Positions 44,553-54,027 of a DNA stretch of 64,000 nucleotides are shown piece by piece (position 1 is the first letter of the stretch; the number at the start of each line of letters is the position of its first letter). The notes under the pieces were generated by a model, which worked only from the letters and a program-made list of their open reading frames with translations, had not been told where the DNA came from and did not search any database. The translations under genes and the position numbers were made by a program. This DNA is from an uncultured Candidatus Rokubacteria bacterium (GTDB taxonomy: Bacteria; Methylomirabilota; Methylomirabilia; Rokubacteriales; CSP1-6), in assembly GCA_963789955.1 (NCBI GenBank), contig CAWBMV010000034.1, forward strand, positions 1,056,001 through 1,120,000, written 5' to 3'.

Positions 44553-45515
44553 GTGCCCTCGAGTCTGCTCGCCCTGCTCGACGACATCGTCACGGTGCTC
44601 GACGACGTGTCGGCACTCAGCAAGGTCGCCGCACAGAAAACAGCAGGGGTGCTGGGCGACGACGTCGCGCTCAGCGCCGAGCAGGCGGCTGGTCTGCGAC
44701 CCGACCGCGAGCTGCCGGTCGTCTGGGCGGTTGCCAAGGGCTCCCTACGGAACAAGGCCATCTTGGTGCCTGCGGCGCTGGCCGTCAGCGCTTTCGTGCC
44801 GTGGGCCATGATGCCACTGCTCATGCTGGGCGGCGCATATCTCTGCTACGAAGGGTTCGAGAAGCTCGCGCACAAGTTCGTGCGGCGCCGGGCCAAGGAC
44901 GATGTGCACGATGCCGACCTGGTGCATGCCAGGTCCGATCTCTCGGTGGACCTCGTATCGGCCGAGAAAGCGAAGATCAAGGGGGCCGTGCGTACCGACT
45001 TCGTGCTCTCCGCGGAGATCATTGTGATCACGCTGAGCAACGTGGCGTACGCGCCTTTCGCCACGCGGGTCGGGGTGCTGGTCGGCATCGCGCTCATCAT
45101 GACGGCGGGCGTCTATGGTCTGGTCGGTGGCCTCGTCAAGCTCGACGATGTCGGACTCCATCTCAGCCGACGCGGCGGTGACGCGATGGTCTCCCGGATT
45201 CAGCGCCGCATCGGGACAAGCATTCTCGAGGCCGCGCCGTTGATCATGAGGGGCCTGTCGATCGTCGGCACGGCTGCAATGTTCCTGGTGGGCGGCGGTA
45301 TCCTCGTCCATGGCATTCCCGTGCCAAACGGGTGGATCGAGGGTCTGGCCGAACGCTTCGCCGCGACCCCCGGCATCGGGCGCGTGCTTCGACTTGCGCC
45401 ATCACTCCTGCTCGATGCCGTCATAGGGATCGTGGCCGGTGCGTTGGTCATGGTCGTCGTGGGCGGCTTGCAGCGCGCATTGCGTCCGCGGACGGCTGGG
45501 CCTCGGCTGGGATAG
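44553..45515 (+). CDS. DUF808 (YedI-like) inner-membrane protein
   Basis: LLALLDDI..LDDV, KTAGVLGDD, RELPVVWAVAKGS, GAVRTDFVLSAEI. Confidence 0.92.
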   Translation: MPSSLLALLDDIVTVLDDVSALSKVAAQKTAGVLGDDVALSAEQAAGLRPDRELPVVWAVAKGSLRNKAILVPAALAVSAFVPWAMMPLLMLGGAYLCYEGFEKLAHKFVRRRAKDDVHDADLVHARSDLSVDLVSAEKAKIKGAVRTDFVLSAEIIVITLSNVAYAPFATRVGVLVGIALIMTAGVYGLVGGLVKLDDVGLHLSRRGGDAMVSRIQRRIGTSILEAAPLIMRGLSIVGTAAMFLVGGGILVHGIPVPNGWIEGLAERFAATPGIGRVLRLAPSLLLDAVIGIVAGALVMVVVGGLQRALRPRTAGPRLG

Positions 45516-45540
45516 GTCCGGAATGGTCCTCGACGCGTCG

Positions 45541-46455
45541 TCACCGCTTGGTCGAGCCGCCGTCAGCCTCCGCCCACGTCCGATCGGGGTTGTACGTCTT
45601 CATCGCGTTCGCCGCCTGCGCCGTCTTCGGCCCGAGATCCTTCTGATACACAACCCCGTCCTGATTGACGATGAAGGTCATGATGCCCGAGGCGCCGTAG
45701 CTTGCCGGGTATGCGACGAGCGCGAAGCCGCCGATCATGTGCCCCCGCACGACGAAGTCATAGGCTCCTCCGGGCGCGTCGGGGCCCTGTGCCAGGAGGA
45801 TCCGATAGAAGTAGCCGTGATAGGGAGCCGGGCCGCGAGGCGGAGGAAGCGGATAGCCCGCGGCCCGGGCCCTAGCCACCAGCGGGCCGAGCGGGCTGTC
45901 CAGCTCACCGGGCCGAGTCTCCCAGTAGAGGCCGTCGTGCTTTCCCTTGGTGCTGTCGAGCCGCTGCGCGTATTCGAGAAGCCCCTGACCTCGGGAATAG
46001 TATTCGCGCTGAGCATCGACGTAGGCCAGGCACACCTGGATCGTGGCGAGCTCGTTTTCGCCGATCCGGCGATTGAGAAGCTCGTCGTCTCCAGCGTCGG
46101 TATCCCAGAGCCAGCGCGGGCCGTCGGGCACGAGCGGGATCGGGAACGGGAAGTCATCGTCGCCGACGTAGAGCACGACTTTGCCGCCGCCGCCATCGAG
46201 CCGGTGAGCGCGGTCGTACTCCGCCGTGAAGCGCTGGAATGCCGCACGGTCGGCGACGTCGTCTCCGGACCACACCAGCGGATTTCCCTGCGGCCCGAGG
46301 ATCTCGACCAGCGCCTTTCGGTCGGCCGCGCGAAGGGCCGCGACGAGCGCATTGACCGCCTCGTCAAGAGAGGCGAAGGTCTTCTGCGCGGGTGCGGCGA
46401 ATGTCGCGCACTGCAGGGCGAGCATGATCGCGAGCGCGACGCTCAGTCTTTTCAT
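45541..46455 (-). CDS. DUF2950 family exported protein
   Basis: FPFPIPLV, RRIGENEL, YVDAQREY, DGLYW, PYHGYFYRIL, YQKDLG. Confidence 0.9.
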   Translation of the reverse strand: MKRLSVALAIMLALQCATFAAPAQKTFASLDEAVNALVAALRAADRKALVEILGPQGNPLVWSGDDVADRAAFQRFTAEYDRAHRLDGGGGKVVLYVGDDDFPFPIPLVPDGPRWLWDTDAGDDELLNRRIGENELATIQVCLAYVDAQREYYSRGQGLLEYAQRLDSTKGKHDGLYWETRPGELDSPLGPLVARARAAGYPLPPPRGPAPYHGYFYRILLAQGPDAPGGAYDFVVRGHMIGGFALVAYPASYGASGIMTFIVNQDGVVYQKDLGPKTAQAANAMKTYNPDRTWAEADGGSTKR

Positions 46456-47801
46456 CGCCGCCCTCCGCCGCGCCCACCGCCACCCCCGCCGCCACCGCCG
46501 CGCCCACCGCCGCCTCCGGAGTAGCCGCCCCCGCCCCCTCGGCTCCCGCCGCCGCTGTAGCTGCTCCCGCGCGACGACTGACCACGCTGGCTGTAGGACC
46601 GCTCGCTCTGCCCTTGCCCCACACCCTCGAACGCTCGGCCGCCTCCCGCGTCGCCGCGCTGTCCGCCGGCGCCGGATCCGATCGAGCCTTCTCGGCCGCG
46701 TGCCGTGCCCGCGCCGCTCTGGCCGACTCCACCGGCGCGCTGCCCGCCGCCTGCCGATCCGACTCCGCCCTCGCGCGAACGTGCCGCGCCCTGGCCCGCT
46801 CCGCCGCGCCCCATCTCTTGTCGCCCTTGCTCGGCCCGGCCGCGGAACGATTCGCGCGAGGCGGCCCTGGCGCTGTCGCCGCCTCGGTTGAATTTCTGCT
46901 GAGTGGCCGAGTCACGGTACTGGGCGCCCTTCCGGTGCTCGGGGTTGTGTTGCCACGACCCCCGGTCGCCACGGGCTCCGGCGGCGCGGTCGGAAGTGCG
47001 CGGGCTGACCCTGTCCCCGCGGTTCACGTTCCTGTTGAAGTTGTTCTGCCGGTTCACGTCGATGTCGATGTTGCCGCCGCCCCAGTTGCACCCGCCCCAG
47101 ATCGCGCCGCCGACCGCCATCCCGATGCCGAACGCGATCGCAGCCGTTGCGAAGTAGCCGACGGGATAATACGGCGGGTAGTAATAATAAGGAGGATAGG
47201 CCGGATATGGCCATCCTCCGTAAACGACCGTCGGATTGTAGGTCGGTACGTAGATGACGTCGGGACTCGCCGGCTCAATTCTAATTACCGTCTGCTGCTG
47301 AGGCTGGCCCTCGGCCTGTTCGACGATCACCTTCTGCTGCTCGGTCGACTTGAGATTGCCGGCCGACTGCGCCTTCGCCCTCAGGCGCTGGATCGCGTCC
47401 ATCGTGTCCTTCTGCTGAGCGAGGACGGCGTCGCCGAGCTTCTGCATCCACTCCAGCTGGTTGTCCATCATCTCGAGCACCTGGGGAAAGCCGACGAGGG
47501 CCTTGACGCTGTCGTCCCAGGTTTGCTTCTTGAGCTCTTCGTTGAGCGCGTCGCCCTTCAGGTTCGGATTGCTCTTCGCGAACCGTGCCGCCTGGATGAC
47601 CTCGAGGGGATACGTGGACGCCATGAAGATCTGCGCCACGAGCGGGTCCGGATACAACGCGATCGGCGCCACGATCTGCTCGAGCTCCTCGGGCTTGAAG
47701 GGGCCGGGCTGCTGCGCTCGTGGAAGGGGCGGCGCCGCGAGCAGAACCACGAGGCCGATCGACACGCATCCGGCCAGTGCTCTGTGAATCCGGCTACTCA
47801 T
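46452..47801 (-). CDS. DUF3300 family exported protein with Arg/Gly-rich tail
   Basis: LEQIVAPIALYPDPL, ASTYPLE, WDDSVKAL, YVPTYNP, WQHNPEHR. Confidence 0.92.
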   Translation of the reverse strand: MSSRIHRALAGCVSIGLVVLLAAPPLPRAQQPGPFKPEELEQIVAPIALYPDPLVAQIFMASTYPLEVIQAARFAKSNPNLKGDALNEELKKQTWDDSVKALVGFPQVLEMMDNQLEWMQKLGDAVLAQQKDTMDAIQRLRAKAQSAGNLKSTEQQKVIVEQAEGQPQQQTVIRIEPASPDVIYVPTYNPTVVYGGWPYPAYPPYYYYPPYYPVGYFATAAIAFGIGMAVGGAIWGGCNWGGGNIDIDVNRQNNFNRNVNRGDRVSPRTSDRAAGARGDRGSWQHNPEHRKGAQYRDSATQQKFNRGGDSARAASRESFRGRAEQGRQEMGRGGAGQGAARSREGGVGSAGGGQRAGGVGQSGAGTARGREGSIGSGAGGQRGDAGGGRAFEGVGQGQSERSYSQRGQSSRGSSYSGGGSRGGGGGYSGGGGGRGGGGGGGGGRGGGRR

Positions 47802-48013
47802 AGCTCTTCTCCACTCGCGTGCGGCGTCTGCCGGCCGTCTCCATCGGTCACGCAGGTGATCTCCCGATGTGCTTATGCCGGTAACGTCCCGGCCGAAATG
47901 GGACCTTGGTCGCAAGTTAGGGACGCCACGGCACAGCCATGACTATCTCAGCGGGATGATGCGACGGGACGTTGGGGAGACCGTCCCGGATGAGCGCGGA
48001 GAAATCCTTCGTC

Positions 48014-49924
48014 TCACTGATCCGCGAGGTGCTCGAGCAGGATCCGCCTGACCTCCAGGATCGTGTCGGGCTCGGCCTGGCACGAATGGGGCGATCGCAC
48101 GATCTTCTCGGACTCGACCTCGTCGAGGTGCGCGCTCTCGTAGGCGACGACCCCGTCCGTCTTTCCGCTCACCGGGCCTTCACCGAGTACCGCGATGATC
48201 GAGTGGGCGGTGACACCCGGGGCGATCGGGCTCGCTGACAGCGTTCGGACGAAGCGATTACCCGGGCGCATGTTGTCGACGGCCGTCGGCATGGCTTTGG
48301 CGGCGTTTTGAGCTTCGACGAGATCAGGATTCTCCGCGGCGAGCTCGTTCATGTGCTTCGCGAGGGTGACGGGAAGGGTGACGACGCGGCGCACCAGATC
48401 CAGGACGAGCGATGAGACGCGGAAGCTCCCGCGATGCGGCGTCGCGATGAACACGACCCGGCTCACGGGTGGCACCGGCTTGAAGAACATTCCGTTCCGG
48501 ATGAGCGCCAGCGCTTCCGGCGACCCCTTGATCTCGGAGAAGGGCTTCTGGGACACGTTGTTCCAGAAGCGGTTGCCGCTGTCCGTGACCATGAGCCGCG
48601 TCAGCATTCCACCCTGGCTGTGCCCGATCACCACCATCCGGTGCAGGGCCGGGTCGCGACCGTCCGGATCGAGCTGCTTGACGATATCGAGGAGCGCGGC
48701 CCGCAGCTCGCTCGCCGACAGGAGGATCGGATTGCTGGTCGAATAGGTGAAGAGCCAGAACTGGATGCGGCCATTCAACAAGGGGTCGTTCTGGAGGTCG
48801 TTGATCATGTCCGCCCAGCGTGCGGGGCTCGACGCCGTACCGTGAACGAGCACGACCGGAATCCGCCCCGCCCGATAGGGATGAAGCATGACGAGACTCG
48901 TGCCGGATCTGCGGCCGGGCGAGAGGAAGAAGCCCAACTCGGTGTCCCACACGGGCGCGCCTTCGAGGGCGTAGGCGAGAACCGCGCTGAACTCCTGCTC
49001 GAGGGGCAGCTTCCGGCCCTCGACCTCGGCCGTCAACGCTTCGTCGGACGGATAGAGCTCGAGGCGGCCTCGGAGCTGGCCACTGGCGATGCCCTCCGAC
49101 ACGTCCTCCAGTCGCACGAACGCCGTCACCGGGACCTTGATCCGCTTCGGGATGTACTTGCGCGCGATTTCGGCCTCGGGTCCGCTTCCGTCCTGGGTCA
49201 CCTCCGCGGCGAGCGCCGCGCCGATGCCCGGCTGGCGATAGCGATTGCGGAGCCCGCGAATGCTGAACTCGCCGACCGAGATGAAGCGATTCATGCGGAG
49301 GCCGCCCCACACGAACTCGGACGCGTTGCCCTGCAGCTCGAGCCGGCCGAATGGTAGGGCGAGCGTCCGATCGGTCAGTGTGACCTCGGTCGCCTCCTCT
49401 TCAGCCGCGGTGCGGCCCGGTGTCGTCGAGCGGTCATTCGTGTCGGCCGGCGCCGGTGGCACCGCGAGCGCCAGGGCCAGACCGAAGTTGTAGAGATCGG
49501 CGGCGAGCCGTGTGCGCGAATCGAGGGGATCGTCGATCGCGCCGTCCTTCCGAAACAGAAACGCATAGGCGTAAACGGCGGCCGCCAGGTAATGGTCCTG
49601 GCGGTTTTCCTGCTGGGCGTAGATGAAGGAAAGCTCGGCCAGCGCGAAGAGTCGGTCGCGGCTGAGCCCGGTGCCCTGGCCGCGGAGCTGTTCGATCGCG
49701 CCCTCGGGGTCCTTGTCGAAGCGTTCGGCGAGGCCGAGGCGATGGAGGAATTGCTCCGTCGCGGCGCTGGGCTGGCCGTTGGTCAGCACGCTCCGTGTGA
49801 CCGCGCGGTGGATCTCTTTCGGACCCGAGAGCGAGACACCGATCGGCGTGGCGCAGGCGCCCGCCAGGAGCAGGACGCCGATCAGCGGGAGGAGCGCGAG
49901 AGCTCTACTTGACCGAATATCCAC
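48014..49924 (-). CDS. Alpha/beta hydrolase (lipase-like) lipoprotein
   Basis: PVVLVHGTASS, nucleophile GHSQGG, IATPHRGS, DGVV, terminal His; lipobox-like LAGAC. Confidence 0.88.
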   Translation of the reverse strand: MDIRSSRALALLPLIGVLLLAGACATPIGVSLSGPKEIHRAVTRSVLTNGQPSAATEQFLHRLGLAERFDKDPEGAIEQLRGQGTGLSRDRLFALAELSFIYAQQENRQDHYLAAAVYAYAFLFRKDGAIDDPLDSRTRLAADLYNFGLALALAVPPAPADTNDRSTTPGRTAAEEEATEVTLTDRTLALPFGRLELQGNASEFVWGGLRMNRFISVGEFSIRGLRNRYRQPGIGAALAAEVTQDGSGPEAEIARKYIPKRIKVPVTAFVRLEDVSEGIASGQLRGRLELYPSDEALTAEVEGRKLPLEQEFSAVLAYALEGAPVWDTELGFFLSPGRRSGTSLVMLHPYRAGRIPVVLVHGTASSPARWADMINDLQNDPLLNGRIQFWLFTYSTSNPILLSASELRAALLDIVKQLDPDGRDPALHRMVVIGHSQGGMLTRLMVTDSGNRFWNNVSQKPFSEIKGSPEALALIRNGMFFKPVPPVSRVVFIATPHRGSFRVSSLVLDLVRRVVTLPVTLAKHMNELAAENPDLVEAQNAAKAMPTAVDNMRPGNRFVRTLSASPIAPGVTAHSIIAVLGEGPVSGKTDGVVAYESAHLDEVESEKIVRSPHSCQAEPDTILEVRRILLEHLADQ

Positions 49925-50372
49925 GCCCCGCCAGGCACGTCGCGTAGGCCTTCTCGTAGTTGCCGTAGGCGGCCTGTTGCTGGGCCTGCGCCTGCTGGGA
50001 GGCTTGCGCCGACGCGCGGTTGTTGGAGTTTTGTTTCATTCTGCCACCGACGGCGCCCGCGGTGGCGCCCACCGCGGCACCCTTCCCGGCATCGCCCCCG
50101 ACGGCGCCCGCGGCGGCGCCCACCGCGGCTCCGCGCGCCGCGCCCCTCGCGGCACCGCCCTGCTGCGGCGGCGGCGCGGCGGCGGTCTGCGGCGGTGCGG
50201 CCGGATCGAAGCCCGTCTGCTGCTTGGCCCAGTTGTGACACTCGTACTGGTCCTTCTCGAACGCATCCTGGCTCTGCCCCGGCTTGGGGTAGACGTAGAT
50301 CTCGGCCTGCGCCGCGCTCACGAGCGCACACGCGACGAGTCCGGCAACGATCGCGGCCGTCCAGCTCTTCAT
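49905..50372 (-). CDS. Glycine-zipper exported protein
   Basis: Signal peptide, YP..GQS...D.YECH.WA, GAARGAA repeats, CLAGRGYSVK. Confidence 0.85.
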   Translation of the reverse strand: MKSWTAAIVAGLVACALVSAAQAEIYVYPKPGQSQDAFEKDQYECHNWAKQQTGFDPAAPPQTAAAPPPQQGGAARGAARGAAVGAAAGAVGGDAGKGAAVGATAGAVGGRMKQNSNNRASAQASQQAQAQQQAAYGNYEKAYATCLAGRGYSVK

Positions 50373-50427
50373 GCCCGTCCTCCGAGATGTCAAACGCATG
50401 TCTCGATCAGTTGAGGCCGCGGCCTGG

Positions 50428-50970
50428 TCATCGTGCGAGCGGCACGACGGACGCGAGCTGGGCCAGGAGTATGGCGTCGAGCTTGTTGTCCGCCTGGAAG
50501 AAGCGCATCACTTTGCGTGCCGGGAGGATCTTTTTGAAGCGCGACACGTACTTGTCCTTCACGGCCGTTCTGGCCTTCTCGACGCTGATCCACTCCTTCA
50601 TGAGCTGGGACGCCTGCACGTCGGTCAGCGCGTCGTACTGCTCAGAGTACTGGACGAGCGCCTTGGCGACGCGGTCGCCCACCTTCGCCATCTCGATGCG
50701 ATAGTCGCGATAGAGCGGCCAGAACGCTTCTGACTCCTTCGGGGTCAGGTCCATCACGGATGTCATGATGGCCTGACGGCGGAGCTGGATCGACGCCCGC
50801 GTCAGCGCCACGTCGCTCGTCAGGTCTTCCTCGTCGGCTCCGGGAGCCGAGCTGCCCGCCGGGGGCTGGGCGGGCGCCGTCGGCTGCTGTGCCACGACCC
50901 AGCTGGTCATTGACACCGCGAGGCCGAGTGCCACCAAGAGCATGATCGTTCGTCGCGCAGCCTTGCTCAT
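50428..50970 (-). CDS. Alpha-helical periplasmic protein (possibly Spy/CpxP-like)
   Basis: AAGGAG RBS, signal peptide, MDLTPKESEAFWPLY. Confidence 0.7.
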   Translation of the reverse strand: MSKAARRTIMLLVALGLAVSMTSWVVAQQPTAPAQPPAGSSAPGADEEDLTSDVALTRASIQLRRQAIMTSVMDLTPKESEAFWPLYRDYRIEMAKVGDRVAKALVQYSEQYDALTDVQASQLMKEWISVEKARTAVKDKYVSRFKKILPARKVMRFFQADNKLDAILLAQLASVVPLAR

Positions 50971-51063
50971 TCCGTTCTCCTTAAGCACGCACGTCTGTGG
51001 AGGAGTGGCCCATCAGCGGGGTGAAAAGCGGCACGCCCGAGGTGACGGTGATCGTCGTCTCTA

Positions 51064-51387
51064 CTATCGTGATGCCCGCGTGAAGGCCGAGAGCACCGTT
51101 TCGGTGGGAGCCGCCTTGCAATAGCCGAGGGCTCGGTCGATGAGCTCAGCGACCTGGCGCTCGTCCCAGACCGTGTGACGACGCATCCCGTCGACGTAGC
51201 CGTTGAAGTACACCAGGAGCCGATCCATCCGCTCGCTCGAGATCGCCTGCAGTTCCGCGCATTTGACCTGGTCGATCTGGATGACGCGCGGAGTGAGGGT
51301 CATCTGAGCCGGCGCCCGCTCGGGCTGGAATTCTGCCGCCGCCAGGGCCAGGCACGACGCCACGAGTATTGGAGCGCCCCGATTCAC
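51064..51387 (-). CDS. HdeA/HdeB-family periplasmic acid-stress chaperone
   Basis: Small signal-peptide protein with VKCAEL...YFNGY...YCKAAP..TV, the two-Cys pattern of the family. Confidence 0.7.
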   Translation of the reverse strand: MNRGAPILVASCLALAAAEFQPERAPAQMTLTPRVIQIDQVKCAELQAISSERMDRLLVYFNGYVDGMRRHTVWDERQVAELIDRALGYCKAAPTETVLSAFTRASR

Positions 51388-51513
51388 GCCATCACCAACG
51401 TCATATCTGTCCCCCACACACCGGCGCCGTATCGTACGCAGGCGCCCGGCCTTCCAACAACCCCGCCTAAGGTCGCAAGGGGGCCCGTCATGAGTCCGAT
51501 GAGCGGCGGCGTG

Positions 51514-52395
51514 TCAGATCCGCGGTCGCGTCTCACGGGCGAATTTCTCGTAGATCGAGATCATGTCGTCGAGGTCGCGGACGCGCGACTCGAGGATCAC
51601 GTGGCTCACCCCGAGCGCGGCGAGCTCCCGGATCTCGCGCACGAGCGCCTCGGCGTCCTGGCGCGCGGGCAGACCGAGGCGGGCGCTGATGGTCAGCGAG
51701 CTCATGTCGCGGCCGACCTGACGGCACGCGGCCGTGAGGTCCGCGAGCCCGGCTTTCATCTTCGCGGCGCTTGGAAACGCGGCGTGCCAGCCGTCACCGA
51801 GCTCGGCGACACGGCGGAGCGCACGCGGCGTATGACCGCCGATCCAGACGGGGATCGTTCCCTGCGCGGGCTTCGGCGCCACGCCGAGCCCCTCGAACCG
51901 CATGAACTCGCCGCGGTGGCTCACACGCTCGTCGCGCCAGCAGGCCTTCATGATCCGGATCGCCTCGTCGCTCCAGGCGCCCCGCTGCTTGTACGGCACG
52001 CCGAACAGCTCGATCTCTTCCTTCATCCAGCCGACACCCGCGCCCAGGATGACACGGCCCGGCGCCAGATGATCGAGCGTCGCGAGCATCTTGGCGGCGA
52101 GCACGGGATGACGATGGGGAAGAACGAGCACGGTCGTGCCGAGGCGGATGCGCTCGGTCACGCCGGCGACGAGGCCGAGCGCGACCAGCGGCTCCAGAAA
52201 GCTGGTGGTCGGCGCCAGCGGGAAATCGCCGGTCGGGTTATAGGGATAGCGCGACGCGATCGCGTACGGAATGACGACGTGGTCGCTGGCCCAGAGGGAG
52301 TCGTAGCCGAGCGCCTCCATGCGCCGCGCGAAGCCGAGCAGCACCTCGCGCGTGGCCGCTGGGCCGTAGACCGGAAGATGGCAGCCGATCTGCAC
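51514..52395 (-). CDS. LLM-class (luciferase-like, putatively F420-dependent) oxidoreductase
   Basis: GYDSLWASDH, IRLGTTVLV, ATLDHL..GR..LGAGVGW, VWIGG. Confidence 0.92.
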   Translation of the reverse strand: MQIGCHLPVYGPAATREVLLGFARRMEALGYDSLWASDHVVIPYAIASRYPYNPTGDFPLAPTTSFLEPLVALGLVAGVTERIRLGTTVLVLPHRHPVLAAKMLATLDHLAPGRVILGAGVGWMKEEIELFGVPYKQRGAWSDEAIRIMKACWRDERVSHRGEFMRFEGLGVAPKPAQGTIPVWIGGHTPRALRRVAELGDGWHAAFPSAAKMKAGLADLTAACRQVGRDMSSLTISARLGLPARQDAEALVREIRELAALGVSHVILESRVRDLDDMISIYEKFARETRPRI

Positions 52396-52400
52396 GATGA

Positions 52401-54008
52401 CTAGTCGTCGTCGCCGTAGACGACGCGTTCCCCGATCGAGTCGTCCTGGATCATCTGCACGAGGCGCGAGTGCTGGATCTTGCCGCTCGAGGTCTTCGGA
52501 ATCGTGCTGGACCGCACGAGGATCACGCGTGCCGGCCGGTGGCCGCTCGCGCGATGGACGCGGCTCGTGATCTCGCGGATCAGGTCGTGGAAGTCGTCGG
52601 GCGCGGCCTCCTCGCTGCGCACCTCGGCGACGACGTGGAGCCGCTGCGTGCCGGTGCGCTCGCTGTCGATGCCGACGGCGGCGGAGTAGCGGACACCGTT
52701 CACGCGATCGACGACCTCCTCGATGTCGGCCGGCACGACGTTCTGACCGCCGAGGATGATGAGGTCCTTGAGCCGGCCGGTCACGAAGAGGTATCCCTCG
52801 GCGTCGATGAATCCCAGATCGCCGGTCCTGAGCCAGCCGCCGGGCATGAGCACCTTCGCGGTGGCCTCCGGGTTGTTGTAGTAGCCCTTCATCACGCCGG
52901 GGCTCTTCACGCAGATCTCGCCTTCGACCCCGACCGCGCGCTCACCGGTGCCTTCGTCGATCGGCGCCAGGATGCGGACCGACACGCCGCGGCACGGCTG
53001 GCCCACGGAGAGAAAGCGTCCGCTCGGGTCGAGCCGGAGCGGCACGCCCCGCGGCCAGATGGCGACCGCCAGGGTGGCCTCGGCGAGGCCGTAGCACGGC
53101 GAGATGATGCGCTTGAGGCCGAAGTGCGACTCGAACGCCTCGATCGTGGACAAGCGCACGGGCTCGGCGCCGGAGAGCGCCGACTTGAGGCTCCCCAGGT
53201 CGAGGCCCGTCGTGTCGCGGACGTTGCGCACGCAGTTGCGGTAGCCGAAGTCCGGCGAGACCGTGAACGTCGCGCGGATCTCCGTGATCAGCGAGAGCCA
53301 CTGCCGCGGGTTGCGCAGATCGGGCGGCAGGAGCCAGATCGGCGTGCCGAGGAGCGGCGGCGTGAACGCGCAGCCGATCAGTCCCATGTCGTGGTACAGC
53401 GGCAGCCACGAGACGACGCGGTCGTCGACCGTGATGCCCGCCCCCTCGGCCATGAAGTGAATGGTCGACACGACGTTGGCGTGGGTGAGCATGACGCCGC
53501 GCGGGTGGCCCGTGCTCCCCGACGTGTACTGCAGGAACGCCAGATCGTCCGCCTTCGCCGCGGCCAGCGGCGGCGCGGGCGCGTCGATGTCGAGATCGGG
53601 CGGCTCCAGCACCATGCGAACGTTCGGCGCCAGCGCGCAGCTCTCGTCGACACCCGTGCGGAACCACCCGATGGTCGCGACCGCGATCGCTTCCGAGTCG
53701 CGGAAGATCGCGGCCGTCGTGTCCACGCCGAGCGTCGGGTAGAGCGGCACGGGCACGGCGCCGATGCGCAGCGCGCCGAAGAAGGTGTAGAAGAACTCGG
53801 CGCACGTCGGATAGATGAGGCAGACCTTGTCGCCCGCCTTGACCCCGGCGCGCGAGAGTCCGGCGGCGTACCGTCCGCTCTGCTCCCACAGACGCCCGTA
53901 GGTCACGGTCTCGTCGTACAGCCGGAAATATTGCTGGTCGGGCGAGAGTGCCGCGCGCCGCCGCATCATCTCCGTGAGCGTCGGCGCTCCTTTCACGTCA
54001 TCGACCAT
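52401..54008 (-). CDS. FAAL-like fatty acyl adenylating enzyme
   Basis: AFLQYTSGSTG.PRGV, SWLPLYHDMGLIG, YGLAEATL, TGRLKDLII, PKTSSGKI. Confidence 0.9.
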   Translation of the reverse strand: MVDDVKGAPTLTEMMRRRAALSPDQQYFRLYDETVTYGRLWEQSGRYAAGLSRAGVKAGDKVCLIYPTCAEFFYTFFGALRIGAVPVPLYPTLGVDTTAAIFRDSEAIAVATIGWFRTGVDESCALAPNVRMVLEPPDLDIDAPAPPLAAAKADDLAFLQYTSGSTGHPRGVMLTHANVVSTIHFMAEGAGITVDDRVVSWLPLYHDMGLIGCAFTPPLLGTPIWLLPPDLRNPRQWLSLITEIRATFTVSPDFGYRNCVRNVRDTTGLDLGSLKSALSGAEPVRLSTIEAFESHFGLKRIISPCYGLAEATLAVAIWPRGVPLRLDPSGRFLSVGQPCRGVSVRILAPIDEGTGERAVGVEGEICVKSPGVMKGYYNNPEATAKVLMPGGWLRTGDLGFIDAEGYLFVTGRLKDLIILGGQNVVPADIEEVVDRVNGVRYSAAVGIDSERTGTQRLHVVAEVRSEEAAPDDFHDLIREITSRVHRASGHRPARVILVRSSTIPKTSSGKIQHSRLVQMIQDDSIGERVVYGDDD

Positions 54009-54027
54009 TCGTGGCTCCTCGACTGGC

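Noticed and set aside
45439..47942. Plus-strand poly-Pro and Ala/Arg-rich ORFs
   Set aside because: Antisense shadows of DUF2950/DUF3300; long shadow ORFs are expected at this GC content, as for most other overlapping ORFs in the track.
8568..51513. Integrative element with att direct repeats
   Set aside because: No integrase, tRNA or matching direct repeats seen at the presumed edges; 'island' is used functionally only.
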